DNA of 64,000 nucleotides from Ignavibacteriota bacterium (lineage in GTDB: Bacteria > Bacteroidota > Ignavibacteria > Palsa-1295). Both the position numbers and the translations under genes were made by a program. The notes beneath the pieces were generated by a model. The model saw nothing but the letters and a program-made list of their open reading frames with translations. It made no database searches and was not told the origin of the DNA. The stretch spans positions 1-64,000 of the forward strand of contig CAWBEI010000005.1 of NCBI GenBank assembly GCA_963787835.1, given 5' to 3'. This document shows, one piece after another, positions 39,843 through 50,385 of this stretch (position 1 is its first letter; each line of letters begins with the position of its first letter).

Positions 39843-41032
39843 GCGCCGGGGATCTCAGCGCGTATCTGCACATTCCCTTTTGTGAGCGGAAGTGCATTTA
39901 TTGTGACTTTTATTCTATTGAGAATTTATTGCTTCGATCGGAATTTGTCGATCTCATCGTTAAGGAAATTGATCTCAAGCTTGAAGCAAATCCCGAACTT
40001 CGAGGTCGCAATTTAAGAACGATTTTCTTCGGCGGTGGTACTCCATCCCTTCTCGAACCATCGGAGCTTGAAAGGCTAATTGAAAAGCTACAAGATCATT
40101 TTTCCATTGCAAACAATTGCGAGTTTACGCTCGAATGCAATCCAGGAACGGTTACATTAGAAAAACTGAAGGGATATAGATCGCTTGGCGTAAATCGGTT
40201 GAGTTTTGGAGTGCAATCGTTCAATGCGGAAGAACTAAAATTCCTCGGCAGGATCCATGACGCACAACAGGCGCGCGATGCCGTAGCGATTGCACGTCAG
40301 GCGGGATTCGATAATGTTAGTATCGATCTTATCTTTGCGCTCCCCGGGCAAGAGGAATCTTTCCTCCGCCATTCGCTACAAGAGGCGGTCGCGCTCGAAA
40401 CCGATCACATCAGCGCCTATAATCTTATCGTGGAGCGGGGCACGCCGCTCTATCGTCTGGTCAAGCTTGGTACAGTCATTGAACTTGATGCGGATCGTTC
40501 CGCCTCGCTCTTTTCTATCGTGCAGGATACGCTTGCCAATGCAGGATTCGAGCAGTATGAAATATCGAACTATGCAAAAACTCCCGAGAAAAGAGCTAAG
40601 CATAATTTAGTGTATTGGGATGGCTTCAAAGATTACGTAAGCTTCGGCCCATCCGCACACGAGTTTGTTGCTGGTGAGCGGGCTTGGAATGTCTCGTCGC
40701 TCGAAGAGTATGGTGCATCGATCCGAGCGGGAAAACTGCCAGTCATCAATCACGAACGGCTGACGATGGCTGAACGGCGGACGGAAGTCCTCTATTTACA
40801 GTTACGCTCAGTGGGTATTCGGTTGCATGAATTTATGGAAGCCTTCGGAGAAGACCTTGTGTTGAATAACGATGTTCATGCATTTATCGAAGAAGGGTGG
40901 ATGATCGTGAACGACGGAATCATAAAGCTGACGTCGAATGGTTACAGATTCTGCGATGCGATCGTGACTCGATTAATGGAAAACAAAACTCGTGCTGCAA
41001 CGCGGATGGAGATCGCAAATATTATCTCCTAA
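39812..41032 (+). CDS. hemW: Radical SAM heme chaperone HemW
   Basis: YLHIPFCERKCIYCDF, GGGTPS, YEISNY, HNLVYW. The true start may be TTG 39839, overlapping the lepB stop. Confidence 0.92.
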   Translation: MGQDGQFNPLSAGDLSAYLHIPFCERKCIYCDFYSIENLLLRSEFVDLIVKEIDLKLEANPELRGRNLRTIFFGGGTPSLLEPSELERLIEKLQDHFSIANNCEFTLECNPGTVTLEKLKGYRSLGVNRLSFGVQSFNAEELKFLGRIHDAQQARDAVAIARQAGFDNVSIDLIFALPGQEESFLRHSLQEAVALETDHISAYNLIVERGTPLYRLVKLGTVIELDADRSASLFSIVQDTLANAGFEQYEISNYAKTPEKRAKHNLVYWDGFKDYVSFGPSAHEFVAGERAWNVSSLEEYGASIRAGKLPVINHERLTMAERRTEVLYLQLRSVGIRLHEFMEAFGEDLVLNNDVHAFIEEGWMIVNDGIIKLTSNGYRFCDAIVTRLMENKTRAATRMEIANIIS

Positions 41033-41066
41033 ATCTCAAAAATCCCATAAATAAAGGTTTAGACCA

Positions 41067-43931
41067 ATGCTTCCACAGTTCAAGCGTATTCATTATATCG
41101 TTGCGGGCATCGCGTTCTTAGCAGCGTTCATAACCTATCTTTGTACGATGCAGCCGACGATCCCGTTCTGGGATTGCGGTGAATTTATTGCTTCTGCCGC
41201 AAAGCTGCAAGTATCGCATCCACCTGGCGCACCGCTTTGGATGCTTGTGGGACATGTTGGTGCTTGGCTTGTCCCGGTTGCAGACATTGCTGCGAGATAT
41301 AACGTCCTTTCCGCACTATGCGGGGCGTTATCTGCTATGTTCCTTTATTTAGTAGTAGTAAAAGTGATCCGAATCTGGAGGAAAGAGCCGAGGAGCATTT
41401 CAGACGCGATCATTCATTTCGGTGGGGCATTCATCGCAGCTCTTAGTTTTACCTGGTCGGATAGCGTGTGGTTTAATTCCAACGAGTTCATTGTATTCTC
41501 ACCTGGGTTGCTTTTTATAGCCATCATGATCTGGCTTGCGATGATCTGGCATGAGCGTGCGGATCAGCCGGGCAACGAGCGATATCTGATGCTCATCGCG
41601 TTTATGATCGGACTATCGATGGGGGTGCACCAAATGTCGATGCTGGCTTTTTTCCCGGTATGGGCCATTGTGTTCTATCGGCATTGGGGAAAAATCACGA
41701 TGCGAAGTTTTCTTTCCATGCTGGCACTCGGTATTCTCTTTTTCGTCTATATATTCAAAGTTGTGTTAAGCGGTCTTGTGAGCTGGGCGGGATCGGGTTT
41801 GGGTGTTGTTTCACTCCTTGTTATCATTGGGATCGTTGGTGGGATCTATTATACTTCCCGACCCGAGTCCGAGCTGAAGGATCGGCGAGGAATTCTAAAC
41901 CTCCTCCTATGGGGAGGAGCGATGGTCCTTCTTGGTTTTAGTGTCTATACCTACGTGATGATTCGGGGGGGACAAAATACACCGATTGATGAGGGTGCTC
42001 CGAATACATTTTCAAAACTTTCGGAATACATCGGGCGTGAGCAATATGGGACGGTGAGCCTTTCCGATGAATTTGAACACCGCCGCCTTCCGAAAGAGAG
42101 CGGTGCTTATAAGCCGGAAACATGGGAAAATTATTCGAGCGATGCCGATTTCTTCTGGCAATATCAAACTCGCGACATGTTTCTTCGTTATCTGGCGTGG
42201 AATTTTATTGGTAGAAATGGTGACTATCAGGGGGCGAATGTTGCGTTTGACAAGACATGGGCGCTGCCATTTTTTCTTGGACTGTTTGGTATCTATTGGC
42301 AATTCAAACGCGACCCGCGGCGTGGGATGGTCTTTCTTCTTGCTTTTCTTGTCATGGGACTTTTTACTGCCTGGTATCAGGATCAACAAGATCCCCAACC
42401 ACGTGAACGCGATTACTTTTATGTTGGAGCATTTTGGGTCTATGCTCTGTGGGTCGGGATCGGTGCCGTCGGGATAATGGAGTGGATCCGTGAGAAGTAT
42501 TCTTCATGGAATGCCCGCAAGATGACGTACGGGCTTGCCGGTGCGTTTGGATTATTAGTATTATTTGGCCCGATCAATCAGTGTATAGGGCTTGGAGGAC
42601 TTTTGCAAGGCGAGTCCTTCAAGAAATCCTCGAAGTGGGCAGAGTATTCCCGAAAGCATAACTGGATACCATTTGAATACGCATATAACATTCTTCAAAG
42701 TTGCGAGCCGAATGCGATTTTGTTCACTTACGGCGATAATGATACCTTTCCACTTTGGTGCATCCAGGATGCATACGGAATTAGAAGAGACGTCCGAATA
42801 GTACAATTGCAACTTGCAACGATGATGTGGAATGTTAAGCAACTCAAAACGGATAATGCGTGGGGTGGCAAAGCCATAACTCTTACCAATTTTACCGACG
42901 ATATTCTTAAGCTTTCCGATGATGATGCGTATAAGAAACTCGATTGGAACCCTTCGCCGGTAAATATGCCGATCTCTGCGGAGATGGCTCGATGGATCTC
43001 CGGCGATTCGAGTGCGACGGCAACAGTCTTTAATTGGCTTCCAAAATTTGTTATGCCAAGCGATCAGGTGGTGCTCGATATCATCAAGAATAACCTGGGG
43101 ACTCGACCGATCTGCTATTCCGTCACGGTGCCGGAGAATACACGCGCTGGGCTAAACAAATATCTTATCTATGAAGGTTTGACCGCGCGGGTAACGCCAT
43201 TTGAACAGCCGGTCGATCAGAATGGACTCGGTGGCAGCATTCAGCCCGCACGATTTTCTGAAGCCGTGTTTCATGTGCCTGATAAGCCGCATTCAGAACC
43301 GGATCGAGGAATGATCTTGCATACCTACGCTGATCCAGAGGCACATTGGAGTGCGTTAGACGATGAATATTCCCTGAGTTATCGGTACGAGTTCATCCGA
43401 TTGGCGAATTGGGATGTCACGCAAGGCAACATGAATGAGGCTCGCCGCGCACTCGATAGTATGGATATCCGGGTTCCGCTTTCACGCATCCCGCTCGATT
43501 ATTCGTTCTCATCCTTCGTTGCCGATCTCGCGGATAAATCCGGCGATTGGCCGATCATGAAGCAATATGCTGCAGCAGGTGTGGATGCCTTGAAACAGCA
43601 ACTGCAAAACCCGGATTCGCATGAGAGTTCAAGCGGGTTTCAAGCAAGCTTTGAACTTGCAAATCTTGAGATGCGCTCCGGAGATTATGATCGGGCTCGT
43701 CAGGATTTTGAGAAATTGATAACACAATCTAAGGCAGAACAACAATCCTATCTCCGGCTCAAGGCATTAGAGTGTGGCGCAAGAAAGCTCGAATCAAATA
43801 AGCAATATGACTCTGCCTATCGTGAATTTTCGGAGATCCTTGGCGTCTATGGGCCATCAACTGCCGCTGGCCCTGAATTGCAGGATGTCAGAACTCATTT
43901 AGCATTTGATTCAACTATGCGGGGGAAATGA
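41067..43931 (+). CDS. DUF2723/TMEM260-like membrane glycosyltransferase, paralogue 1
   Basis: FWDCGEFI, HPPGAP, PRERDYFYVG, FTYGDNDTFPLW. Confidence 0.88.
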   Translation: MLPQFKRIHYIVAGIAFLAAFITYLCTMQPTIPFWDCGEFIASAAKLQVSHPPGAPLWMLVGHVGAWLVPVADIAARYNVLSALCGALSAMFLYLVVVKVIRIWRKEPRSISDAIIHFGGAFIAALSFTWSDSVWFNSNEFIVFSPGLLFIAIMIWLAMIWHERADQPGNERYLMLIAFMIGLSMGVHQMSMLAFFPVWAIVFYRHWGKITMRSFLSMLALGILFFVYIFKVVLSGLVSWAGSGLGVVSLLVIIGIVGGIYYTSRPESELKDRRGILNLLLWGGAMVLLGFSVYTYVMIRGGQNTPIDEGAPNTFSKLSEYIGREQYGTVSLSDEFEHRRLPKESGAYKPETWENYSSDADFFWQYQTRDMFLRYLAWNFIGRNGDYQGANVAFDKTWALPFFLGLFGIYWQFKRDPRRGMVFLLAFLVMGLFTAWYQDQQDPQPRERDYFYVGAFWVYALWVGIGAVGIMEWIREKYSSWNARKMTYGLAGAFGLLVLFGPINQCIGLGGLLQGESFKKSSKWAEYSRKHNWIPFEYAYNILQSCEPNAILFTYGDNDTFPLWCIQDAYGIRRDVRIVQLQLATMMWNVKQLKTDNAWGGKAITLTNFTDDILKLSDDDAYKKLDWNPSPVNMPISAEMARWISGDSSATATVFNWLPKFVMPSDQVVLDIIKNNLGTRPICYSVTVPENTRAGLNKYLIYEGLTARVTPFEQPVDQNGLGGSIQPARFSEAVFHVPDKPHSEPDRGMILHTYADPEAHWSALDDEYSLSYRYEFIRLANWDVTQGNMNEARRALDSMDIRVPLSRIPLDYSFSSFVADLADKSGDWPIMKQYAAAGVDALKQQLQNPDSHESSSGFQASFELANLEMRSGDYDRARQDFEKLITQSKAEQQSYLRLKALECGARKLESNKQYDSAYREFSEILGVYGPSTAAGPELQDVRTHLAFDSTMRGK

Positions 43932-44072
43932 GCTAAGAATAATCCCTCTAAATTCGTACAACTCCTGAAATTCAACGCATAAATAGACAGTTTCAGGAGC
44001 TTTCCCGGCTTATAATGAGTTCTTAATCGCCTTCGATCTAAAGGCGTTACGCCATTCATTTCATTTGACCTA

Positions 44073-47000
44073 ATGCAGAATAAGACCATTCATTACGCTC
44101 TTGCGGCTCTCAGCTTTATTGTTGCCGCCGGGACCTATCTGACCACCATGCAGCCCTCGATCCCGTTTTGGGATTGCGGAGAGTTTCTCGGTGCCGCCGC
44201 GACCCTCGGAATATCTCACCCTCCGGGAGCGCCATTCTGGACACTCATAGGGCGTGTTCTTTCCATGCCGATGCCGTTCGCCGATCCCGCAGCTAAGATG
44301 AATGCGCTTTCGGCGCTGTGCGGGGCGCTCGCCGCGATGTTCTTGTATCTTACTACGGTGCGTATCATCAAAGTGTGGCGTGGTAATCCCCAGTCAACAT
44401 CAGACGTCATCTTGCATTACGGCGCCGCTTTCATTGCGGCATTGTGCTTCACTTGGACCGATAGCGTGTGGTTCAATTCGAACGAGTTCATCGTATTTGC
44501 TCCCGGTCTTTTTTTCATCAGCATCATTATTTGGCTTGGGATGATCTGGCACGAACGCGCCGATGAACCGGGCAGTGAAAAATACCTATTGCTTATTTTT
44601 TATCTCATCGGTCTTTCGATGGGAGCACATCAAATGTCGATGCTTGCGTTCTTTCCGGTCTGGGTGATCGTGTATTACAAGCACTGGCCTAAGATGACGG
44701 TTGGGAAATGGGTTGAAATGCTTGTCACGGGCACCGTTGGATTTCTCTTCATTTTTCTCGTGATCCTTACAGGAATTGTTGGATGGTTAGGAGGTGCGAA
44801 ACAAGGGACGCTTACGTGGATCGCAGCATTGTCATCTATTGGATTTGTAATTTACTATTGGCGGAACAATCAGAAGCTTGCGAAGCTAGTTCTCACGGGA
44901 GCTGGATTAGTATTTCTTGGATACACGACGTATGCATTGGTTATGGTGCGCGCTGCACAAGAGCCTCCGATGGATCAGCATCATCCCTCCACCTTCGGGC
45001 AGTCGGGCGCAAGCGATGGACTCTACAATTATATTTCCCGAGCGCAATATGGGGAAGCTCGTGAATTTCCTCGCCGTAATGACGATCCCAGTGTAAAAGG
45101 CGACCCCATGCATGGGCCGACCTGGAGCACGGATAAGTCCTCTACAGGTACGCCGTACACCAGCGATGGTGATTTCTTCTGGCGGTATCAGGCAGATCAC
45201 ATGTATTTACGTTATCTGGAATGGAATTTTATTGGGCGATCAAAAGATGTTCAGGACGCAGGGATAGGGATCGAAGGATGGGAGCATACGCTTGGTATTC
45301 CATTCCTTGTCGGTTTATTCGGGATCTACTGGCACTTCCGCCGGGACCCGAAACGCGCCCTGGCGATGATGGCCGGATTCCTCATCATGGGAATTTTAAC
45401 TGCGCTCTATCAGAATCAACAGGATGCCCAGCCGCGAGAACGCGATTACTTTTACGTAGGATCGTTTTGGGTCTTTGCGATGTGGGTCGGAATAGGCGTT
45501 ACCGGTATCATGGAATGGATACGATCTCGTTCTGCTAAAAAGCAGAACTTACCATTGCAGGATGCAGGTCCCAAAGATCGTGAAGTGATCGAAAGCCCGA
45601 AGGAAACGGTGCCGGTCATTCGTGGCGCTGGACCGGTTGCTTTGCTTGGCGGCTCATTTGCATTGGCATTAGTCCTTATTCCACTCAACCAATGCCTTGG
45701 CCTTATGGGGACGACATTCTTCGGTGAAAAATTCCATCAGGCGGCAAAGTGGGGCATGTATTCGCGCTTTCATAATAATGTGCCGCTCGAATATGCCTAC
45801 AACATCTTGCAAAGTTGCGAGCCGGATGGAATCCTTTTTACAGCCGGAGACAATGATACATTTCCGCTGTGGGCTATTCAACAAATGTATCAGGTTCGCA
45901 CCGATGTGAGAATTGTGAACCTTTCGCTCGGGAATATGGGGTGGTATGTTAAGCAATTGAAGGATGATGAACCGTTCGGGGCAAAGAAGGTGAAGCTGCC
46001 TTCGTTCACGGAGGAGCAGCTCTTGAATCCTGACGAGACGATGCAGGGCATTCACACGACCGTCTCACCGGCCAGTATGGTATCAGTAAATGTTTCCGCT
46101 GATGCAATGCAAAAGTTCACTGGGAATGCCCAGCCTTACACGTTTAGCTGGAAATACACCTCTCAGCACCAGGATCCGAATGATAAATCACAATATTACT
46201 ACGAAGTGGCCGATCAGCTAGTACGCGATATTGTTGTGAACAACATTAACGATCGCCCGATCTATTTTGCAATAGCTGTTCCGCCAAGCTATTGGACGGG
46301 TCTCGAAAATCATGCATTGTTTGAAGGGCTTGTTGCGAGGATCGTGCCTACCGAGCACACTGCTCCTCGCCAGCTTTTCGATGGGGATATCGACGAAGCC
46401 CGCTACACGCAGTTGGCTTATGACCTTAGTCCTAAAATCGTTGCAAAACCCCACCGCGCGATGATGATGACGAGTTACCGTGATCCGGAAGCAAACCGAA
46501 GCGGATTGGATGAACAATATGGAACGACGACCTATTTCGAACTCTACGCTCGCCTTGCGTATCATTTCCTGAATCAGAACCGGCTTGCAGATGCTCGACG
46601 CGCGCTCGATACTTTCCGCGTTCGCATGCCACCGGATCTGATCGACTGGAGTTCGAACGTTCAGGAATCGGTTGGAATTTTGCAGGAAACAGGAGAACTG
46701 TACCAAGCTGCGGGGGATACGGTCAATGCTCTTAAGTATCTCAGACTTTCCGCGATGCTATTCGGCGCTTCAAGGCCGGATCAATCGACGGCTGGCAGTG
46801 ATGAATATCTCAAAAACGAGTTCCAAGTCGGTGATCTCTTTATGAGAGCAGAATTGTATGATTCTGCTCGATCAGTATTTTCTACGCTGCGCTCTGAAAC
46901 CGAAGGCGGAAACCAGCTTTATGTTGATTTCCGGCTCGCACAGATCGACGCGAAACTCTTAGAAAAACAGGGTGATAAACGCAAAGCGCTTGCTAAATTT

Positions 47001-47267
47001 GACGAGATGCTAACCAAATATGGACAACTTGCACAAATGGGTGTAGGTCAGGAACTTGCCAATGTAAAGCAAGAGCGTGATGAACTCGCCAAAGAACTCG
47101 GCGTAGTCGATTCTGCGGGGAGTAGTCCTCTATTCAGTATGCCGGCACAATCGGCGGCGCCACCATCTAATGGGGCACCGGGACAAGGCGGCTCAGCACC
47201 TGGTTCATCGAATCCTGCTTCCGGTGGAAACTCGAAGCCCCCAGCGGCAAGACCGAAGAAGCAGTAG
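44073..47267 (+). CDS. DUF2723/TMEM260-like membrane glycosyltransferase, paralogue 2
   Basis: FWDCGEFL, HPPGAP, PRERDYFYVG, FTAGDNDTFPLW; TPR-like C-terminus. Confidence 0.88.
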   Translation: MQNKTIHYALAALSFIVAAGTYLTTMQPSIPFWDCGEFLGAAATLGISHPPGAPFWTLIGRVLSMPMPFADPAAKMNALSALCGALAAMFLYLTTVRIIKVWRGNPQSTSDVILHYGAAFIAALCFTWTDSVWFNSNEFIVFAPGLFFISIIIWLGMIWHERADEPGSEKYLLLIFYLIGLSMGAHQMSMLAFFPVWVIVYYKHWPKMTVGKWVEMLVTGTVGFLFIFLVILTGIVGWLGGAKQGTLTWIAALSSIGFVIYYWRNNQKLAKLVLTGAGLVFLGYTTYALVMVRAAQEPPMDQHHPSTFGQSGASDGLYNYISRAQYGEAREFPRRNDDPSVKGDPMHGPTWSTDKSSTGTPYTSDGDFFWRYQADHMYLRYLEWNFIGRSKDVQDAGIGIEGWEHTLGIPFLVGLFGIYWHFRRDPKRALAMMAGFLIMGILTALYQNQQDAQPRERDYFYVGSFWVFAMWVGIGVTGIMEWIRSRSAKKQNLPLQDAGPKDREVIESPKETVPVIRGAGPVALLGGSFALALVLIPLNQCLGLMGTTFFGEKFHQAAKWGMYSRFHNNVPLEYAYNILQSCEPDGILFTAGDNDTFPLWAIQQMYQVRTDVRIVNLSLGNMGWYVKQLKDDEPFGAKKVKLPSFTEEQLLNPDETMQGIHTTVSPASMVSVNVSADAMQKFTGNAQPYTFSWKYTSQHQDPNDKSQYYYEVADQLVRDIVVNNINDRPIYFAIAVPPSYWTGLENHALFEGLVARIVPTEHTAPRQLFDGDIDEARYTQLAYDLSPKIVAKPHRAMMMTSYRDPEANRSGLDEQYGTTTYFELYARLAYHFLNQNRLADARRALDTFRVRMPPDLIDWSSNVQESVGILQETGELYQAAGDTVNALKYLRLSAMLFGASRPDQSTAGSDEYLKNEFQVGDLFMRAELYDSARSVFSTLRSETEGGNQLYVDFRLAQIDAKLLEKQGDKRKALAKFDEMLTKYGQLAQMGVGQELANVKQERDELAKELGVVDSAGSSPLFSMPAQSAAPPSNGAPGQGGSAPGSSNPASGGNSKPPAARPKKQ

Positions 47268-47292
47268 ATCTTTGAGGAACGGACATTTCTGA

Positions 47293-48030
47293 GTGCAGCT
47301 ATCTCTAATTATTCCGGCATATAACGAGTCCGATCGCATCGGGCCATCGGTAGAGAAAGCGTATCGTTACTTTGAAAATGTAGATTATGATGTGGAGCTT
47401 ATCGTGGTTGACGATGGCTCCACGGATAATACCATTCAGGAGGTTAGGAATGTTTTCGCAAGCAAACCGCCAACGCTGACCAGGGTTACGACGCGAATTA
47501 TTCCGCTCGGTGTGAATTCCGGGAAAGGTGCAGCAGTGCGAAAGGGAATGCTCGAAGCAAAAGGAAGTGTGCGAATATTCACTGATGCTGATTTTTCCAC
47601 GCCAATTCAGGAAGTAGCGAAGATCATTCCCCTCATTGCAATGGGGGAATATGATGTGGTTATTGGTAGCAGAGCCGCCGAACGTAGAGCCCTTGTCAAG
47701 AAGCACCAGCCGTGGTATCGCGAGGCAATGGGCCGATTCTACAATATCCTTGTTCAAATTTTCGTGTTCCGCGGCATTCGAGATACTCAATGTGGCTTCA
47801 AAGGATTTAGTGGTGATGCAGCCTCTATGCTCTTCTCAAAACTTCGAGTGCAGGGTTTTTCTTTTGATGTGGAGATCCTTTATCTGGCGAGGCGTTATGG
47901 CTATCGCATCCGAGAGATCGCCGTAGAATGGTATAACGATGAGCGCTCGACTGTTGGGGCGCTTTCGGACTCCGCAAAAATGTTCTGGGAATTGATCCGC
48001 ATCAGAAAGCTTCATGCACATGACCGCTAA
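47293..48030 (+). CDS. GT2 polyprenyl/dolichyl-phosphate hexosyltransferase (DPG/DPM synthase-like)
   Basis: IIPAYNE, VDDGSTD, GKGAAVRKG, DAD, DTQCGFK, FDVEIL. Confidence 0.9.
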   Translation: MQLSLIIPAYNESDRIGPSVEKAYRYFENVDYDVELIVVDDGSTDNTIQEVRNVFASKPPTLTRVTTRIIPLGVNSGKGAAVRKGMLEAKGSVRIFTDADFSTPIQEVAKIIPLIAMGEYDVVIGSRAAERRALVKKHQPWYREAMGRFYNILVQIFVFRGIRDTQCGFKGFSGDAASMLFSKLRVQGFSFDVEILYLARRYGYRIREIAVEWYNDERSTVGALSDSAKMFWELIRIRKLHAHDR

Positions 48031-48039
48031 AGGAGTGTA

Positions 48040-50382
48040 ATGGCAACGACCCATCAAGCAAAAGAGCGTGTGAATAAACCAAGGACGAACGTTCGCCCGA
48101 CCGTGGCTACTCGTCCCATTATTCCCGTACAACTTTTGCGTTTCCAACCTTGGCATATCGCACTGGTTTTTCTTGCGCTCACGCTCATTTTTCATTCTGC
48201 GATCCTTTTTGGCGGGAAATTTCTTTGGGAAGATTTCATCGAACAGGAATTTCCGTTCCGTACGTTGGCGGCGAGTTCGCTGGCGCAGGGAATTCTGCCG
48301 CATTGGAATCCTTACGTCTTTTCCGGGATGCCCTTCCTTGCTGACGTGCAAGTAGCCTTTTGGTATCCGATCAATCTTCTCCAATCACTTTTTGTGTCCG
48401 GAGGATACCTCTCTCCTCTTGTAATGGAATGGGCTATCCTGATTCATTTTTTCATTGCAGGATTTGGGATGTATTGGTTCTCGAAGAAGATATTCGAGAT
48501 AGATGATTGGTCTGCCATCTTTGCCGGTATTGCGTATGCATTCAGCGGTTATATTACAGCGCAGTCGATTCATCAGATGATTGTCTATCACATTGCGCTG
48601 TTCCCATTCGTTGCATACTTCTTCATTCGTGGATTCGATTCCTGGAAACACGCCATAGCCGGTGGAATGATCTTAGGAATAATGTATCTTGCGGGCCATC
48701 CACAGTCAACGCTTTATTTTACCTTTTTCCTTGGGGTTCTTGCGCTCTATGAGTTTGTTCACCGCTTTCGTCATAAGAGTGGCACGTTGGATATTTGGAC
48801 TGTAACTCGGATGGCGCTTCCCGTCGTCATTGGGCTTGGCATCTTTGCTATTCAATTCCTGCCATCCCAGGAACTTGCAAGTCTATCGCGCCGCGATACG
48901 ATCACCTACGAAAAATCACTTGATGGCTCGCTCACATGGGGACATTTGCTGACGTTTATTTTACCGCGTCTTTTTGGCGTCGCGAATGGAGCCGCCGATG
49001 CGAAAGTCCCTTATTGGAATGGTGCTTATTATTTGTCCTGGGAAACAGCGATCTATGTCGGTGTATTACCGATGTTTTTCGCGATCATGGCGGGGCTATT
49101 AAATCGCAAGAAAAAGTATGTGCCTCTTTTGGCTGGCATGGCGCTACTGGCGGTTGCTTTTGCACTTGGCGATCACTTTTTTCTTTACCGGATCTTCTTC
49201 CAGCTTCCACTATTTAATAAGTTCCGAACACCGGCTCGTATGATGATGCTCTTCAGTTTTGCAGCATCAGCCCTTGCGGGTGTTGGGCTTTCGGATGCGC
49301 TGAAGTCAACAGAGAAAAAATGGGGCGATACCAAAGGGATTGTCGTTCGAGTATTGCTTCTGCTGCCATGGATCATGGCCATTGCGGGCATGTGGCATGC
49401 CGCAACGTTTTTACGAACCGCTCCCGAAGGCGCTGACGACTCTATATCGTGGGCGGCGAGTTTGGCAACGTTTCCGGTCCTTGCGCTTATCGTCATTACC
49501 GGTCTTCATTATCTTGGCCAGTTACGTGGTAACCTGTTCGCAGTTCTTGTGATAGGAGTTACAACGATCGAGCTATTTTCTTATGGGATGACGCTCAATG
49601 CCTCACCGGAAGACCCGCGCGATGCGTTCCGAGAACAACCAGCTTTGGTCTCCATGCTTCAACAGGATCAGGCAAAGGAACTAAGCCGCGCACGGATCAG
49701 AATTGGTAACCAAATGCTGCTTAAACGAAATCAGGGTGCGTATGATAGAATTCAGCTTATCGAGGGTTACGACCCGTTAGTGTTGCAACGTTTAGCTCCC
49801 GACATGGCAAATCCGGATAATAGCGCAGATCTCATGAACGTAAAATGGACGATCACAACGGGCGCCAATCCTGGATTTTCTGCACGAACTACATACTTAC
49901 CCCGCGTCAAGCTTTATTATCAGGCCGACGTTCTTCCTGACTCTCAGGCGCTTTCGCGTCTTAAAACAGATGCATCCTATGATTATCGCGATCGAATCCT
50001 CCTTGAAGAACCACCCGCAGTACCACTCGGCGCTCTCGATCCCAATGCTAAAGCTGAGATTTCAAAATATGGAGATAATGAGATCACTGCATCCATCACT
50101 ACGGGTTCGAACGCAATGCTCTTTTTCTCTGAGATCTACTACCCAGCATGGAAAGCATACATCGATGGACATCCGGTAAAGCTCTATCGTGCATTCACAT
50201 CGTTACGAGCAGTGGAAGTCCCAGCCGGTAACCATACCGTAATTCTTCGCTATGAATCAAGTGCTTTTGCAATAGGAAGCTTGGTCACGATCATCACACT
50301 TGTTCTGAGTCTTGGCAGTCTAATTCTGTTAATCGTAATTGAACGGCGATCCCGTCCATCGAAGCAGGAAGTAACTGTATAA
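48040..50382 (+). CDS. YfhO-family GT-C membrane protein
   Basis: PHWNPYVFSGMPFLA, AYAFSGY, AGHPQ, KFRTPAR, SEIYYPAWKAYIDG. Confidence 0.88.
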   Translation: MATTHQAKERVNKPRTNVRPTVATRPIIPVQLLRFQPWHIALVFLALTLIFHSAILFGGKFLWEDFIEQEFPFRTLAASSLAQGILPHWNPYVFSGMPFLADVQVAFWYPINLLQSLFVSGGYLSPLVMEWAILIHFFIAGFGMYWFSKKIFEIDDWSAIFAGIAYAFSGYITAQSIHQMIVYHIALFPFVAYFFIRGFDSWKHAIAGGMILGIMYLAGHPQSTLYFTFFLGVLALYEFVHRFRHKSGTLDIWTVTRMALPVVIGLGIFAIQFLPSQELASLSRRDTITYEKSLDGSLTWGHLLTFILPRLFGVANGAADAKVPYWNGAYYLSWETAIYVGVLPMFFAIMAGLLNRKKKYVPLLAGMALLAVAFALGDHFFLYRIFFQLPLFNKFRTPARMMMLFSFAASALAGVGLSDALKSTEKKWGDTKGIVVRVLLLLPWIMAIAGMWHAATFLRTAPEGADDSISWAASLATFPVLALIVITGLHYLGQLRGNLFAVLVIGVTTIELFSYGMTLNASPEDPRDAFREQPALVSMLQQDQAKELSRARIRIGNQMLLKRNQGAYDRIQLIEGYDPLVLQRLAPDMANPDNSADLMNVKWTITTGANPGFSARTTYLPRVKLYYQADVLPDSQALSRLKTDASYDYRDRILLEEPPAVPLGALDPNAKAEISKYGDNEITASITTGSNAMLFFSEIYYPAWKAYIDGHPVKLYRAFTSLRAVEVPAGNHTVILRYESSAFAIGSLVTIITLVLSLGSLILLIVIERRSRPSKQEVTV

Positions 50383-50385
50383 TTT